Source: Phallusia mammillata
Taxonomy: Eukaryota
Assembly: GCA_965637545.1 (NCBI GenBank)
Contig: OZ281500.1
Location: 4,216,001 to 4,280,000, forward strand
Length of the DNA: 64,000 nt
Direction of reading: 5' to 3'
The position numbers and the translations under genes are program-made. The notes below the pieces were generated by a model, which was given only the letters and a program-made list of their open reading frames with translations, was not told the DNA's origin and made no database searches. Positions 63,401 through 64,000 of the stretch are shown here, in pieces (within the stretch, counting starts at the first letter, position 1; each line of letters opens with the position of its first letter).

Positions 63401-63795
63401 CTTAGCCTTTAAAATAATATGTTATGATGTTTTTTCCTAATACATTGTTTGGGGTCTTTGGTGTGTACTTTTTTTCTAAACTTAAGTGTGTGTGGACAGA
63501 TTGACCGGTGTCTGTTCAATGAGATTGAGAAATGGCACAGAGAGCTTCACAATTCCCCGGAGAAATCCACGCCAGATGGGAGATGTAATTGCTCAAGGGG
63601 CATTGAGGACACTGATGGAAAGACACTGTCTGATTGCCTTGCTATCACCCAATCTTCATTCATGGGTCGTGTGTACCAAGAAGATATCGCCCTGTGCTTG
63701 ATGTTCCAAAATGACTCACTGTCGCAAAATGTCTCCAAATGCATTCATAACAACTCCCTATCAGTGGAGCTAATTTCGAATCCAGTTGTGCTACA
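60441..63795 (+). CDS. RAB3IP: Rab3A-interacting protein / Rabin8 (Sec2-domain Rab GEF), 5' part; the gene continues beyond the window
   Basis: Exons 60441-60584, 60870-61043, 61417-61534, 62905-63056, 63500-63795 (donor gtaag at 63796). Sec2 coiled coil [43 protein letters not shown]|[20 protein letters not shown], then RHKRNSS and [17 protein letters not shown]. Cannot separate RAB3IP from RAB3IL1; the start codon is inferred. Confidence 0.88.
61994..62460. repeat. Three tandem ~158-bp units in RAB3IP intron 3, possibly the core of a non-autonomous Helentron/DINE-like element
   Basis: Units start near 61994, 62153 and 62311 (CCCCRAAGTTTGTCYGACTCGTTTTT...GATTTGG.T.AAATTTACACAGA...). They are preceded by a 9-bp inverted repeat GTCCCCTTC/GAAGGGGAC (61916-61936) and a T-rich low-complexity stretch. 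Confidence 0.8.
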
Positions 63796-64000
63796 GTAAG
63801 TGATTATTTATTATAGTTGTTTAAATGCCTAACTGGGAGATGTTTTTAATGTCGTCATGCCTGCAAGTAAACAGTTGATATTTTGGTAGCTAAGGTTGTT
63901 TGGAAAGGGCACTGGTCTCTAGTGTGTTTTTCTTTTTGTTGTAAATGGCAACATATGGTGGTACAGTTTTCTTTCAACATATTCATGGATTTCTCAATTC

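Overview
Eukaryotic, AT-rich, intron-containing genomic DNA, most consistent with an ascidian tunicate (inferred from gene content, short introns and vertebrate-like proteins; the species cannot be determined). I assembled all gene models by hand from GT/AG junctions and phase continuity. In order: a degenerate C-type-lectin-like gene (-, 1.1-2.2 kb); a 12-exon LDLa-repeat 7TM receptor lacking LRRs (-, 2.6-11.0 kb); a ~12 kb stretch with no recognisable coding exons, carrying several MITEs; a 2-exon C2orf50/CIMIP5 homologue with a tRNA-Asp(GTC) in its intron (+); a complete 22-exon SND1/Tudor-SN (+, 26.3-58.9 kb); and the 5' part of RAB3IP/RAB3IL1 (+, from 60.4 kb). The main result is a 12-exon LRRC4/NGL (netrin-G ligand) family gene nested antisense inside the single 20-kb intron of SND1. 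Human LRRC4 also lies antisense within an SND1 intron, and as I recall it is the equivalent intron. The NGL family is usually described as vertebrate-specific, and this version apparently lacks the C-terminal PDZ-binding motif but carries an EVH1-type LPPPPEEL motif. Comparisons to human sequences are from memory and need database confirmation. No CRISPR arrays, rRNA genes or autonomous transposases were seen.
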